Source of the DNA: a virus | Taxonomy: Duplodnaviria; Caudoviricetes | IMG/VR virus record: IMGVR_UViG_3300037461_001120 | Coordinates: 1-45,737 of that record | Length of the DNA: 45,737 bases | Direction: 5' to 3' (one strand) | Part shown: one piece after another, positions 35,399 through 45,427 of the stretch | Layout of the letters: each line of letters starts with the position of its first letter | Position numbering within the stretch: the first letter of the stretch is position 1 | Made by a program: the position numbers and the translations under genes | The notes under the pieces: model-generated | What the model saw: the letters and a program-made list of their open reading frames with translations, nothing else | The model's database searches: none | What the model was told of the DNA's origin: nothing

Positions 35399-37183
35399 TT
35401 ACTCCCCGAGTTGTTCCGAAAGATCCTCGGCGGTCACGACCTGGTCCGAGGCGATATGGGTGGAGTACCACGTCTGACAGGCGATGGCGAGCGCCAGGGC
35501 CGTGGCCAGGGAGGTGGCGTCGGCGGTGGTGATCAGTCCCTGGGGGTCCGCCATCAGGTGGAGGTTGACATCCACCGCGTGGGCGTTGAGCCCCGCCTTG
35601 ATCGCGGTGGCCAGGGTCTGCGAGGACGCCGCGTCGGTGGCGTCCGCCGCGGAGATCAGGGCGTCGGAGGTGGTTTTGACGATCTCGGCCGCGAAGTGCG
35701 CGTTGAGGGCGGCCTTGAGCACGTTGGCCAGTGCCACGGAGGTCGCCAGGTCCGAGGCGTCCGCCTCGGAGATCGCCGAGGTCAGGGCGTCGGCGTTCCA
35801 GTGCGAGACGCGGTCGATGATGTGGCTATTGAAGGCCGCTTTCAGGGCATTCAGCAAGGTGTTGCTGGTCGCCTGGTCACTGGCGATGGTCGTGCTGTCG
35901 AGGGCCGCTTCCTTGTCGAACAGGATGTACGACGCACAGTGCAGGTTCCACGCTGTCTTGAGCGCGTTGGCAAGCGCGATGCTGGTCGCCTCGGAGGTGG
36001 CGTCGGCCGTGGTCACCAGGTCCACCTGGTCGTCGGCCTGGTAGTGCAACAGGGCGGAGGCCAGGTGGAGGTTGAGGTCGGTCTTAAGTTCGTTCGCGAG
36101 GGTATTGGCCGACGCCTGGTCGGTCGAATCGGCCGAGGTGATGACCGCGGTCTCTTTCGCCCGGATAAAGCCGGTGGCGATGTGCGAGTTGTACGCAACC
36201 TTCAGGATGTTCGCCAGGGTATAGCAGGTGGCATAGTTGGTGGCATCGGCCGTGGTGACGGTGGCCGTGCGCCCATCGGCCTGCCAGTGCCCGTGCGCCA
36301 GGTCAACCATGTGGGCGTTGAGATCCGACTTGATCTCATTGACCAGGGTCACGCTCTTCGCCTCGTCGTCGGCGTCGGCACTGCTCACCGTGTTGGTCGC
36401 GTCGGCGACGTGATGGGTGCCCGAGGTCTTGGCGCAATGGGCATTCATCTTCGCCTTCATGGAGTTGAGCAGGGTGTAGAGACTCGCGGCATCGGTGGCG
36501 TCGGCACTGCTCTCCGTATTGGTGGTGTCCGGCGAGATGTGCGGCGCCCCGCGGGAGGAGTTGTACGCGCCGGCGTCGAGACGGTGAAGGGGTTCCCCGG
36601 TGATGTAGTGGGCGTTGAAATCCCCCTTCAGTTCGTTCAGCAAGGTATGGACACTGGCCAGGTCGGTGGCGTCGGCCGCCGAAACCGTGTTGGTGGTGTC
36701 CGCCCGCAGGTGGGCGCCACCGCGTCGGCTGGAGTAGGAGTTCCCGGCCCACTTGTGAACCGGCTCCGCCAGTCGGTAGTGCGCGTTGAGGGCGGTCTGG
36801 CAGGCGTTGGCCAAGGTGATCACGGTGCCGAGGTCGGTGGCCGCGGCCGTGGAGATCGTGCTGGTGGTGTCCGCCTTGATGTGCGGGGCCCCGTAGGAAA
36901 GCGCGTGCTTGTACGCGGCCCAGCAATGGACGAGTCCGGCCAACTGGTAGTGAGCGTTGAGCTTGGTCTTGAACGTGTTCAGGAACGAGTTCAGCGTGCT
37001 CTGGTCGGTCGGGACCGCGGTGGTGAAGGTGTTGGTGGCGTCCGCCCGGAAGTGGCAGCCGGAGTAGGCCGAGGCCTGGTACTCCTCGACCAGGGAACGG
37101 AGGACCGTCCCCAGGTCGATCTTGCGGAGCCGCTGGAGGGTCAGGGCGTTGTTGAGCAACCCTTCCTTGATTTCGTAGGCCAT
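35399..37183 (-). CDS. Repeat-rich head decoration / fibre-like protein
   Basis: About 12 repeats of ADATD.A...L.N.LK..(F/L)NAH; directly after the major capsid gene. Confidence 0.75.
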   Translation of the reverse strand: MAYEIKEGLLNNALTLQRLRKIDLGTVLRSLVEEYQASAYSGCHFRADATNTFTTAVPTDQSTLNSFLNTFKTKLNAHYQLAGLVHCWAAYKHALSYGAPHIKADTTSTISTAAATDLGTVITLANACQTALNAHYRLAEPVHKWAGNSYSSRRGGAHLRADTTNTVSAADATDLASVHTLLNELKGDFNAHYITGEPLHRLDAGAYNSSRGAPHISPDTTNTESSADATDAASLYTLLNSMKAKMNAHCAKTSGTHHVADATNTVSSADADDEAKSVTLVNEIKSDLNAHMVDLAHGHWQADGRTATVTTADATNYATCYTLANILKVAYNSHIATGFIRAKETAVITSADSTDQASANTLANELKTDLNLHLASALLHYQADDQVDLVTTADATSEATSIALANALKTAWNLHCASYILFDKEAALDSTTIASDQATSNTLLNALKAAFNSHIIDRVSHWNADALTSAISEADASDLATSVALANVLKAALNAHFAAEIVKTTSDALISAADATDAASSQTLATAIKAGLNAHAVDVNLHLMADPQGLITTADATSLATALALAIACQTWYSTHIASDQVVTAEDLSEQLGE

Positions 37184-37196
37184 CTGTCACCCCCTA

Positions 37197-38363
37197 TCAG
37201 GCGGTTCCGGTGGCGCCGTGAAGCCAACCGTGCATCTCGGTCCCGAGAACCTCGAGGCCGGTCTCGGTGAGGTACTCGCCGATGTAGCCGTCCAGCAGGT
37301 TGGTGTCGCGGGAGGCCTCCAGCCACATCGTGTCGCTGTCGGTCAGGGGCCGGTAGCGGATGTAGTCGGGGTCCACGGTGAGCAGGACCGCCTCGGATCC
37401 GGAGTACAGTCGGGTGAGCATCCGGTGCTCGGTGCACTTGAGGATGCCGGCGTAGTTCTGGTAGTCCTGGAATGAGATCTTGAAGAGGGAAGACCCGTCC
37501 AGTTCCTTCTGGAGGTAGCTGTTCACCAGGGTGTTCAGGTACTTCATGAAGGTCATGTTGCAGAACCCGATCCGCACCCGGCTCTCGTTGCCGTAGGTGA
37601 AGATCCCGGACAGGTAGCCGTCCAGGTTGGCCTTGGTGAGGTTGCCGCTCACGTCGTAGTAGTTGGAACCGGAGGTCCCGATGGCGGCCACGATGCCGCG
37701 GGTGAAGCGGGTCTCCTCGTCGCCCGACGTGATCTTGTGGCGCTGGCCGAAGAGGAAGGCGGTCTCCATCTCCATCAGGTGCTGCCGGTACTTCCGGGCC
37801 TTGTCGTCCGCGACTTCCTGGGGCCCGTAGACAGCGGTCTTCATCGCGGTACGGGTGATCTCCAGGGTGGTGCGGAAGATCTGGGTGTAGTTGTAGTCCT
37901 CGGTCCAGGCGCCGGTGACCGTGGTCATCTTGGTGTCGCCCTCCGGGGAGGCCCCGCCGGAGGCGTAGAGGGGTTGGTTGTCCGCGATCACGGCGACACT
38001 GGTCCCGCCGATGTTGCGGACCACCGTCAGGGTGTTCCCGACGATGTTGGTGATGTACATGATCTCCTGGGTGACGGGGTTGAACAGGGTGTCGTTGATC
38101 CGGAACACGGTCCCGTCGTCCACGACGATGGAGGTCTCGGTGGTGTACCCGCCACCGTGGTTGACCAGGGTGTACCGCAGGGCCGACCCGCGGCTGAATG
38201 ACTCGAACTTGGGCGAGGTCGTGACCTTTGCGTTCTTCTTCGCGAAGTGCGTGAAAGGCGCAACCTTCGCGTCGATCTCGTGAAAGTACTCGTTGACCTC
38301 GCGCTTGGTCCGGGTCTGGTCGTCGAAGTGCTTGACCCGGGTCTGCTCGACAATGTAAGTCAT
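37197..38363 (-). CDS. Major capsid protein (SU10/DUF5309-like)
   Basis: NYTQIF....IT.T, E.AFLFG, R.TRGI, E.GLEV..HG motifs; synteny. Confidence 0.88.
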   Translation of the reverse strand: MTYIVEQTRVKHFDDQTRTKREVNEYFHEIDAKVAPFTHFAKKNAKVTTSPKFESFSRGSALRYTLVNHGGGYTTETSIVVDDGTVFRINDTLFNPVTQEIMYITNIVGNTLTVVRNIGGTSVAVIADNQPLYASGGASPEGDTKMTTVTGAWTEDYNYTQIFRTTLEITRTAMKTAVYGPQEVADDKARKYRQHLMEMETAFLFGQRHKITSGDEETRFTRGIVAAIGTSGSNYYDVSGNLTKANLDGYLSGIFTYGNESRVRIGFCNMTFMKYLNTLVNSYLQKELDGSSLFKISFQDYQNYAGILKCTEHRMLTRLYSGSEAVLLTVDPDYIRYRPLTDSDTMWLEASRDTNLLDGYIGEYLTETGLEVLGTEMHGWLHGATGTA

Positions 38364-38377
38364 GGCTTATTCTCCTT

Positions 38378-39223
38378 TTACAGACGTTCTTTCCCCGCCA
38401 GCAAGAGTTCGGAGACGGGTGTCTTCGGCCGGAATCGGCCGTCGTCGCTCCGGGCTTGCGGCGGGTTTTCCGCGACGTTGGTGGCGACGGACTTTGGGGG
38501 CTTGATCGTGACGGACTGCCGGCCGCGTTCCTCGGCTTTCCGGGCGATCTCCTTGTAGCACAGTCCCATGCACACGGCATGCAGGAGTTCCGGGGCCCCG
38601 GGCCGGTCCATGTTGATCAGGCCGACGTAGCGGTACAGGGCGCGGGACACGTCCGGCCTCTGGAGCAGGTTCTTCAGGGCGGGTTGCGCCTTGAAGTACT
38701 CTTCAAGTTGCGCGTTCGCCTTGGCCCCGCGGCGGGCCAGGTACTGCTCCGGGGTCTCGTTCGCGGCGTCCATCCATTGACGGACCATCTTCTCGGCCTC
38801 GACCAGTTTCCCCTGCTCGCGGAGTTCGGCGGCCTTCGCCTCGACCTCCTCCTGGGACAGGGCCGCCAGTTTGTTGGCGGACCGATTCTGGAAATACTCG
38901 ACCTGGTTGCGAAGTTCCTCCACCTGTCTCGCCAGGACCGTCGCCTGCTCCTGGTAAAACTGCGGGGTTTCGCCCAGTCGGTCCCCGATGGACCCGTATT
39001 CGGCATCGAGCGGATCGGCGCTCGAGGTGGCGGGGGTGGCGACCGGGGTGCTCGCCTTCCCCTCGTCCGGCTTTCCGGGCGACGCCTCCTGTCCCTCGGG
39101 AGCAGGGGCGCCGGGACTCCCGGCCTCGAGGCCCTCGGCCTCACGGGATGCGGAATCCACTGCGTCCTGGTTGGGCAACAGTCCCTCGGACAGAATGGAT
39201 CTGATCTGAGTCGCGTCAATCAT
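38378..39223 (-). CDS. Putative scaffolding protein
   Basis: Acidic/Pro-rich N-terminus, coiled coil, R.DDGRF tail; directly before the capsid gene. Confidence 0.65.
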   Translation of the reverse strand: MIDATQIRSILSEGLLPNQDAVDSASREAEGLEAGSPGAPAPEGQEASPGKPDEGKASTPVATPATSSADPLDAEYGSIGDRLGETPQFYQEQATVLARQVEELRNQVEYFQNRSANKLAALSQEEVEAKAAELREQGKLVEAEKMVRQWMDAANETPEQYLARRGAKANAQLEEYFKAQPALKNLLQRPDVSRALYRYVGLINMDRPGAPELLHAVCMGLCYKEIARKAEERGRQSVTIKPPKSVATNVAENPPQARSDDGRFRPKTPVSELLLAGKERL

Positions 39224-39569
39224 TGAAGTCCCTCCGCAATTCATTCTCGAGGCGCGAGGCCTCGGCTTTCAGTCGACTGTTGAAGGCGCCGAGGTCGGCG
39301 CCGAGCGTGGACAGCAGGGTGACAAGGTGCCTCGCCAGCAGGGTTTCGCCGCAGGACGTGTCTGGGCGCATGATCCTGCCGCGCAGGTCCTGGATGTAGG
39401 GGCCCAGTTGATGCCTCACCCACCACTGAAAATCCTGGTCGGACTGGAGGGCGTCCACCCGGTCCATGTCCTCCAGGAGGCGGGCCCGCCTCTCCATCTT
39501 CGCCTTGTAGTCCCTGGTTCCGGGGATGTGTTCGAGGGCCTGCTGAAAGACTTTTGCGCGAAAGCTCAT
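39216..39569 (-). CDS. Hypothetical protein
   Basis: GAGG RBS; ATGA overlap with the portal stop. Confidence 0.65.
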   Translation of the reverse strand: MSFRAKVFQQALEHIPGTRDYKAKMERRARLLEDMDRVDALQSDQDFQWWVRHQLGPYIQDLRGRIMRPDTSCGETLLARHLVTLLSTLGADLGAFNSRLKAEASRLENELRRDFND

Positions 39570-41302
39570 TCCTCACCCCCGCCGAACAGGCCTTTGTCCA
39601 TGATCCCCCGGAGGAGTTCCTGGTTCTGGAGGTCTGCCTGCTGCTGCTGGGCGGCCGCCATCGCGCCGGCCTGCTCCTGCATGATCACCTCCCGGGGTTT
39701 GAGCAGGCCCTGCCGGTTGGGGATGTCCATGAGGCGCATGACGACGGTCAACAGTTGGTGCTTGTCGATCTCCGGAAGTTGGTAGAAGCGCGAGAACATC
39801 ACGTCCGCCATCATCAGTTTGTCGTCCCGCGTGAGGGGGAGCGACGACGCCGAGGCGATCTCGTAATCCATGCCCCGCACGAGGTCTTCGTAAAGCAACC
39901 GGTGGACCTCGAAACCGTATTCGGTCTTCACGCGGAACAGGCGCTCCGCCTCGTAGTACTGGGCGGCGAGGGCGACGTTCCACTCCATCCACGACTTCAG
40001 GAACTCGTTCATGTTGTCGGCCTTGTAGTTGGCCCGACTCATGGCGTTGCCCTGCTGGATTCGGCCCTCGGTGGCGGTGTTCATGCCCACCTGGATGTTG
40101 CCCTTCATGAGGGGCGTGGCCCCGGTGGCGTTCTCCCCGTCCAGCTTCAAGTCCTGCTCCGCCTGGAAGGAGAGGCCCTCTATCGCGTCGGGAAACTGAA
40201 TCGGCCGGATGGCGTCGGGCATGGGGGTCTCGATGGTGTACCCCTCCTCGGAGTAGTAGCCGGCCATGTCCACCCCGCTCCCGGTTGGCGTGAAAAAGCC
40301 CGGTCGCAGCTTGCGCTTGGTGAAGTCCACCCGGCTCCGCTTCAGCCAGTTCAACTCATGCTGGGGCTTGAGAAGGATCTCGCCCTCGCCCACGGCCCAG
40401 AACTCGTGCGGGTTGTCGTAGTCCTCGAAGACGCTGAAGGGCTTTTTCTTCGCCCGCCAGTAGGGGTTCTCGGAGTCCCGCAGGACGTGGGAGCGGTTGG
40501 CCACGATGATCAGGCGGTCATCTTCCCAGTACTCGAGGGTTTCGACCAAGTTCTGCTTGGCGATCTCCTGGATCTCCTTCGCGTCGCCAAAGCGGTCCAG
40601 GTCGTTGCGGGAGGCCCCGTCGTCGTAGTCGTCGTAGAGGGCGCCGAGGTCGTCCACGGCCGGGGTGTTGGTGTACCAGGGGTCTTCGCCCTTCGACCGC
40701 GCAATCATCTCGTCCTTGCGGATGATCCGCCGGTAGACGATGTAATTGCACTCCTCCACGGAGCGCCCGTAGGGGTCCGGGAAAAAGTCGTTGAGGATGT
40801 CCACCACCTCGATGTCCGGGTCGTCATAGACCGTTGACTTTTCGGTCTTGATCGTCACCGTGCCATCGGGGTTGAACACTTTTCGGGACAAATCCCGGTC
40901 TTCTTTTCGGTAAAAATGATAGGCAATTCCCATTCCGTACAGCAGGCCGAAAAACGACACGCTTTTGCGCTTCTTGTCCATCTGCTGACAGTACCACTGG
41001 GATCGTTGCCAGTTTTCGACCCGTTTCGCGGCCTCGAGGGAGGCCACGTCGGGGAGGCCCGGTTTCGGCAGGACGGTCATATCGGGGGGAATCTGGCTCA
41101 GGTAGGGTCGGAAGGTCTCGACGGTCTCGAGCGTCATGGTGGAAAAGACGTTGTTGGTGAACATGGCCTCGTCGTCGGACTCGTAGACCTGCTTGTAGTT
41201 GCGCCACATTCGCAGGAAGGCGTCGCGCCGGTTGGCCATGCTCTCGCGGCTTTCGTAGAACGCCTCGGTGACCTTCGAAATGAGGTGGGATTTGTCTGAC
41301 AC
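39566..41302 (-). CDS. Portal protein (P22-like)
   Basis: DFFPDP, LEYWE, NPY...KPF, FW..GE.E...Q.ELN, TAT, Q-rich C-terminus; follows terL. Confidence 0.88.
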   Translation of the reverse strand: MSDKSHLISKVTEAFYESRESMANRRDAFLRMWRNYKQVYESDDEAMFTNNVFSTMTLETVETFRPYLSQIPPDMTVLPKPGLPDVASLEAAKRVENWQRSQWYCQQMDKKRKSVSFFGLLYGMGIAYHFYRKEDRDLSRKVFNPDGTVTIKTEKSTVYDDPDIEVVDILNDFFPDPYGRSVEECNYIVYRRIIRKDEMIARSKGEDPWYTNTPAVDDLGALYDDYDDGASRNDLDRFGDAKEIQEIAKQNLVETLEYWEDDRLIIVANRSHVLRDSENPYWRAKKKPFSVFEDYDNPHEFWAVGEGEILLKPQHELNWLKRSRVDFTKRKLRPGFFTPTGSGVDMAGYYSEEGYTIETPMPDAIRPIQFPDAIEGLSFQAEQDLKLDGENATGATPLMKGNIQVGMNTATEGRIQQGNAMSRANYKADNMNEFLKSWMEWNVALAAQYYEAERLFRVKTEYGFEVHRLLYEDLVRGMDYEIASASSLPLTRDDKLMMADVMFSRFYQLPEIDKHQLLTVVMRLMDIPNRQGLLKPREVIMQEQAGAMAAAQQQQADLQNQELLRGIMDKGLFGGGEE

Positions 41303-41364
41303 GGGGCCCTCCTGCGCCCAGACTATTCCCTAACTCCAAATCCTGTCAATGTCGGCAATGAAAT

Positions 41365-42957
41365 TCACACCTTCCAGCCCATGACGGGGTCGGGCCGGCG
41401 GTCCCGGGTCAGGCCGGGAGGGGTGCGCTTGACGTAGACCAGGCCATAGTGGCAGGCGTACCGCAGGGCGTCGAGCAGGTGGCAGTTCTTGTGTACCGGC
41501 TTGTTCGTGCGCTCCCCCTGCATTGCGCCGGTCTTTCGTTCCTCCCACCGGTACTTGCGGGCCTCGGCGCGGAAGTTGACCAGGTCGGAGAACACCCGCA
41601 GGTAGGGGTGCGGGGGTTCGGCGCCCGCGACGTAGGACTCGGCGGCACGGCAGTACTCCCACACCGTCTCGATCCCGGGCGTGATGTCCTTCCGGGCCAG
41701 GACCAACTGGTTCTTGCGGGCCCCGTGGTGGTACAGGTGATCGACGTACAACTGGTAGGTGGTCTTCCCGATCTCCTTGTTGGTCTCCATCGCGGCGGAG
41801 TCGATGATGTCCATGGCGTAGGCCTCGTTGCCGGAAAGGTTCCTGATCCAGTCGCAGTGCTCCGAGACGTTGCGGTCCCGGGCGTAGTACTCGCGGTAGC
41901 ACCACAGGTTGTTCTGGGTGTCGATGGCGATCCACAGGCAGGCGGTCACGCCGGCCGCCGAGGGGTCGATCACCCGGACCCTCTGCCAGTGGGAGGGGAT
42001 GGCGAAGGGCTTGCTGTACGCCTCGTCACGGGCCAACCAGGGGTAAACGATGCCGGCCATGCCGAGGAACTTCCCGCCGGAGCGGGCCTCCCGGACCTCG
42101 TCGGGGAACTTGCTCAAGATGCGGTCCACCTCCCCCGGGGCGAGGCAAGCGTTGTCCTGCATGTTCCACTCGTAGGCCTCGAACTCCGGGTCGTTGTCGG
42201 GGTTGAGGTAGAGGTCGTGGTACACCCACGTCAGGCCCAGCAGGGGGGTCATGGTGAGCCAGGCGTGCCCCTGGGTGTCGATCAGGCGGACCATGCACTC
42301 GTGGAAGATGTCCTCGGGGGGTTCCTCGTCGAAGTGAACGGCGTTGGCGGAGAACCCCTGGAAGCGTTCCCGGCCCTGGTCGTAGGACATGAACGTGATC
42401 CTGCTCCCGTTGTTGAGTTCCACGAAGTCCAGGATGTCGCCCTTCTGGCGCACGATGTTCTTGATCTGCCGGCGCGGCAAAAACTGGAAGACGTAGTCGT
42501 TGATGTACATCTTCATCGTTTTGCTGGTTTTGGAGCAGATCACGACATCCTGGGGCATGGGGATAAAGAAGTCGGGTTTGTAGGGGTTGTAGCCCAGGGC
42601 GAAAGTGATCGCCTCCCACACGCCGGCCACCGACTTCCCGGAGCGGTTCCCCCCGAGCACGAGGCGGAGCCTTTTCGTCGAGGCGTGGAACTTCTTCTGA
42701 TAGTGCTGGGCGACGTAGTACCTCCACCCGTTGTCCCGGACCTTCCGCACCATGTCGTTGAGCAGTTCCAGGGTCTGCGACATCCAGGCGCTTCCCATGC
42801 GCTTGACCAGGACCTCCTTCGGGACCGCGAACAGTTGCCGCTTCAGTTCGTACAGGGCGGCCGCGAACTCGGTCGAGCGGTGCTCGTCGGCCTTGCCCCG
42901 GTTGAGGCGTTCCTTGACGACGGAGCGCCGGTTGAACCTAGAACCCGGGGCCGGCAT
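41365..42957 (-). CDS. terL: Terminase large subunit
   Basis: Q..FH, GGNRSGKS Walker A, FQG....HFDEEPP Walker B, TMTP, IDP, H.LDALRY. Confidence 0.93.
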   Translation of the reverse strand: MPAPGSRFNRRSVVKERLNRGKADEHRSTEFAAALYELKRQLFAVPKEVLVKRMGSAWMSQTLELLNDMVRKVRDNGWRYYVAQHYQKKFHASTKRLRLVLGGNRSGKSVAGVWEAITFALGYNPYKPDFFIPMPQDVVICSKTSKTMKMYINDYVFQFLPRRQIKNIVRQKGDILDFVELNNGSRITFMSYDQGRERFQGFSANAVHFDEEPPEDIFHECMVRLIDTQGHAWLTMTPLLGLTWVYHDLYLNPDNDPEFEAYEWNMQDNACLAPGEVDRILSKFPDEVREARSGGKFLGMAGIVYPWLARDEAYSKPFAIPSHWQRVRVIDPSAAGVTACLWIAIDTQNNLWCYREYYARDRNVSEHCDWIRNLSGNEAYAMDIIDSAAMETNKEIGKTTYQLYVDHLYHHGARKNQLVLARKDITPGIETVWEYCRAAESYVAGAEPPHPYLRVFSDLVNFRAEARKYRWEERKTGAMQGERTNKPVHKNCHLLDALRYACHYGLVYVKRTPPGLTRDRRPDPVMGWKV

Positions 42958-43471
42958 CGGCGACCTCCGGGGTGGCGGGCTCTTCCTCCCCGAGGCGGTT
43001 GCCCGCGACGCCGCGGACCACCTTGGCCAACTCCGCGGCCCTCTGCTTCAGGCGGTCCACCGCGATGTCGGCCGGCAGGGCGTCGGCGTCCTCGCCGGAG
43101 GACTCCGCGAGGATGGCCCCGACCGGCAGGGAGAGCAGTTTTGCGCGTTCGGCGTCGTCGCCGATGGCCATGTAAACCAGGGCCTTCTTGCGCTGCTTGG
43201 AGATCCAGGCCTCCACCTCGCCGGGTTCGTCCACCCCGCGCTCGATCCGGTCCAGAATCCTGAGCACGTCCTTCGGGTTGGGGAGGTGGGCCAGGATCTT
43301 CTCGACCACGGCCTTCCGCTCGTCCATCTGCTCGCGGCGGGTGTCGGTCAGGTACTTCGAGGGGTTCCGCGCCATGATCAGGTCTTCGAGGTTGGCCTTC
43401 GGGAGGGCCTCGCGTTTCGGGGGGAGGGGGGCGTCGTGAACGGGGTCGGCTTTGTAGATTTGTCTTTTCAT
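42938..43471 (-). CDS. Putative terminase small subunit
   Basis: Position immediately upstream of terL; helical. Confidence 0.5.
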   Translation of the reverse strand: MKRQIYKADPVHDAPLPPKREALPKANLEDLIMARNPSKYLTDTRREQMDERKAVVEKILAHLPNPKDVLRILDRIERGVDEPGEVEAWISKQRKKALVYMAIGDDAERAKLLSLPVGAILAESSGEDADALPADIAVDRLKQRAAELAKVVRGVAGNRLGEEEPATPEVADAGPGF

Positions 43472-43477
43472 AAGCCG

Positions 43478-43554
43478 ACTTTACCACCTTTTTTGCGCCC
43501 GTCAATCTTTGTGCTTTTTTGGTATTGACTCTGCCGCTATGGTCATGTTAATGT
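43478..43554. promoter_or_regulatory. Divergent promoter pair (late leftward / early rightward)
   Basis: Minus: TTGACG-16-TAAAGT with TGn; plus: TTGACT-18-TAATGT with TGn. Confidence 0.5.
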
Positions 43555-43581
43555 CGGAAGTGACAGTCTAAGGAGGTCGCC

Positions 43582-44031
43582 ATGCCCATTCTTCTCGGAA
43601 ACCTGATCCCGTGCCCTATGGCCTCGGAGATCGTGTTCGGCGACAGGATCTCCCTGCGACCGAACATGATCAAGCAGATCCCGGACGAGCACCGCCTCGC
43701 CTACATCCGCTTCGGGGAGCGGTGGTTCATCCACCTGCCCGACTTCCGCGTCTACACCGCGTGGCGCTTGCTGAGCGGCCGCGACCGGTGGGTCGAGGTC
43801 GTGGAGGCCCTCCCGGACCTGGAGAGGGCCTGCTTCCCGGAGCCCAACCTGACCTACCTCCCCTGCGGGACGCTCGCGAAGCGCAGTTATTTGGGGTGGC
43901 CGGCCACCCTTCGGCGGACCTGCAAGCCCTTCATTAAGCGCCACCGGTTCGGCCTCGTCAACTTCTGGCTGGTGGACCTCCAGAAGTTGCGCGACCACAT
44001 CGAGGCCAATTGTTACTGGGGGAAGCAATGA
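43582..44031 (+). CDS. Hypothetical protein, first gene of the early operon
   Basis: AAGGAGG RBS. Confidence 0.75.
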   Translation: MPILLGNLIPCPMASEIVFGDRISLRPNMIKQIPDEHRLAYIRFGERWFIHLPDFRVYTAWRLLSGRDRWVEVVEALPDLERACFPEPNLTYLPCGTLAKRSYLGWPATLRRTCKPFIKRHRFGLVNFWLVDLQKLRDHIEANCYWGKQ

Positions 44032-44126
44032 TCGAGACGTACCTGACCGTCGCCCTTTGCTTCTGCTCCCTCTGGATGATTTGCAACGTGGCGGCGTGGA
44101 CGTGGAAGAACAGGAGGAAGCGATGA
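44028..44126 (+). CDS. 32-aa membrane peptide
   Basis: MIETYLTVALCFCSLWMICNVAAWTWKNRRKR with ATGA overlaps on both sides. Confidence 0.55.
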   Translation: MIETYLTVALCFCSLWMICNVAAWTWKNRRKR

Positions 44127-44305
44127 ACGACCTGAAGTGCGAACACTGCGGATGCCGGTCCGGGATGGTCGAAATCGACGAGGAGTTCGACGCCTACGCC
44201 CCCGAGGGAGGTACGGCCGTCTACCACCAGGCCGCGTGGGTCTGCAAACACTGCGACCTCAACATGGACCCGTGCGGCGACTGCGCGGGGGAGGAGGAGG
44301 AATGA
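44123..44305 (+). CDS. Small zinc-ribbon protein
   Basis: CEHCGC..CKHC; AGGAGG RBS. Confidence 0.65.
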   Translation: MNDLKCEHCGCRSGMVEIDEEFDAYAPEGGTAVYHQAAWVCKHCDLNMDPCGDCAGEEEE

Positions 44306-44571
44306 CACACACACCGGGACCGTGGATTTATAGCATCGAAAATGGGGGATATTCAATCCGTGCCCACAAGTCCTCCATGATCGCAGACATCCCCACCGAC
44401 GTATGGATTTCCGTAGAAGAGCAGAAAGCCAACGCCCACCTCATCGCCGCCGCGCCTGACCTGCTCGCGGCGCTGGAGACCTTGGTGCGGGTTCACGACA
44501 CCGGCCAATCGGATTTTGGATGTCTGGAAATTGCCCGCGCCGCAATCGCCAAGGCGAAGGGGGAGAAATGA
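44302..44571 (+). CDS. HTPGPW..ANA.LIAAAP family phage protein, copy 1
   Basis: MTHTPGPW..ANAHLIAAAPDLLAAL..AIAKAKGE. Confidence 0.8.
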   Translation: MTHTPGPWIYSIENGGYSIRAHKSSMIADIPTDVWISVEEQKANAHLIAAAPDLLAALETLVRVHDTGQSDFGCLEIARAAIAKAKGEK

Positions 44572-44840
44572 CTCACATACCGGGGCCGTGGAGAGTAACA
44601 GGAACCTGCATCCGCGCCATGGATGACCGCTTCATCGCGCACTACCGCGCGAACTATTGGCCGAGCGTGCCTGACAACCAACGGGAAATCGAGGACGCCA
44701 ACGCCCACCTCATCGCCGCCGCGCCGGAATTGCTCGCGGCGCTAAAAAAACTGTGCGCGGAGGTGCAGGAGTACAACTGCGCGGACATCGTACTGGACGA
44801 GTACTACGCCGCCATCGACAAGGCGAAGGAGGAGACATGA
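44568..44840 (+). CDS. HTPGPW..ANA.LIAAAP family phage protein, copy 2
   Basis: MTHIPGPW..ANAHLIAAAPELLAAL..AIDKAK. Confidence 0.8.
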   Translation: MTHIPGPWRVTGTCIRAMDDRFIAHYRANYWPSVPDNQREIEDANAHLIAAAPELLAALKKLCAEVQEYNCADIVLDEYYAAIDKAKEET

Positions 44841-45427
44841 AAGTCTTCAAGCTGACTGACCCTGACATGAAAACGCATAACGGTTTCCGGTGGAAAATCG
44901 GCGTCCCGCGCAAAGCGTCAGGCAAGGGAGAATTGTGCGGGCCGGGATGGCTGCACTGCTACCTCGACCCTGTGCTGGGGGTCCTGATGAACCCGAATCA
45001 CGCCAACATCCAAAACCCTCGGCTGTTTGAGGCCGAAGGAGAAGGCAAAGAAAAACATGATCCACTTAAATCTGGGTTCACCAGAATGACTTTGGTAAGG
45101 GAGATCCCGCTGCCGGATGTGACCATCGTACAGAAGGTGCGGTTCGCCATCCTCTGTGCCAAGGAAGTGTGCGCAGACCCCAAGTGGGTCGCATGGGCGG
45201 ACAGGTGGCTGTCGGGGGAGGACCGATCCGCCGCCGCCGCCTTCGCCGCCGCCGCCGTCTCCGCCGCCTCCGCCGCCGCTTACGCCGCCGCCTTCGCCGC
45301 CGCCACCTTCACCGACGCCTCCGACGCCTCCGCCGCCCCCGCCGTCTCCGCCGCCTCCGCCTTCTCCGCCGGAAAAGACATCAACTTTGTCGCCCTCGCT
45401 CACAGGGCGGTAGAGGAGGAATCATGA
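44837..45427 (+). CDS. Phage protein with GF.W..G..C..GWLH domain and Ala-rich tail
   Basis: GGAGGAG RBS; FAI.CA..W..WA..W segment followed by poly-Ala repeats. Confidence 0.75.
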   Translation: MKVFKLTDPDMKTHNGFRWKIGVPRKASGKGELCGPGWLHCYLDPVLGVLMNPNHANIQNPRLFEAEGEGKEKHDPLKSGFTRMTLVREIPLPDVTIVQKVRFAILCAKEVCADPKWVAWADRWLSGEDRSAAAAFAAAAVSAASAAAYAAAFAAATFTDASDASAAPAVSAASAFSAGKDINFVALAHRAVEEES

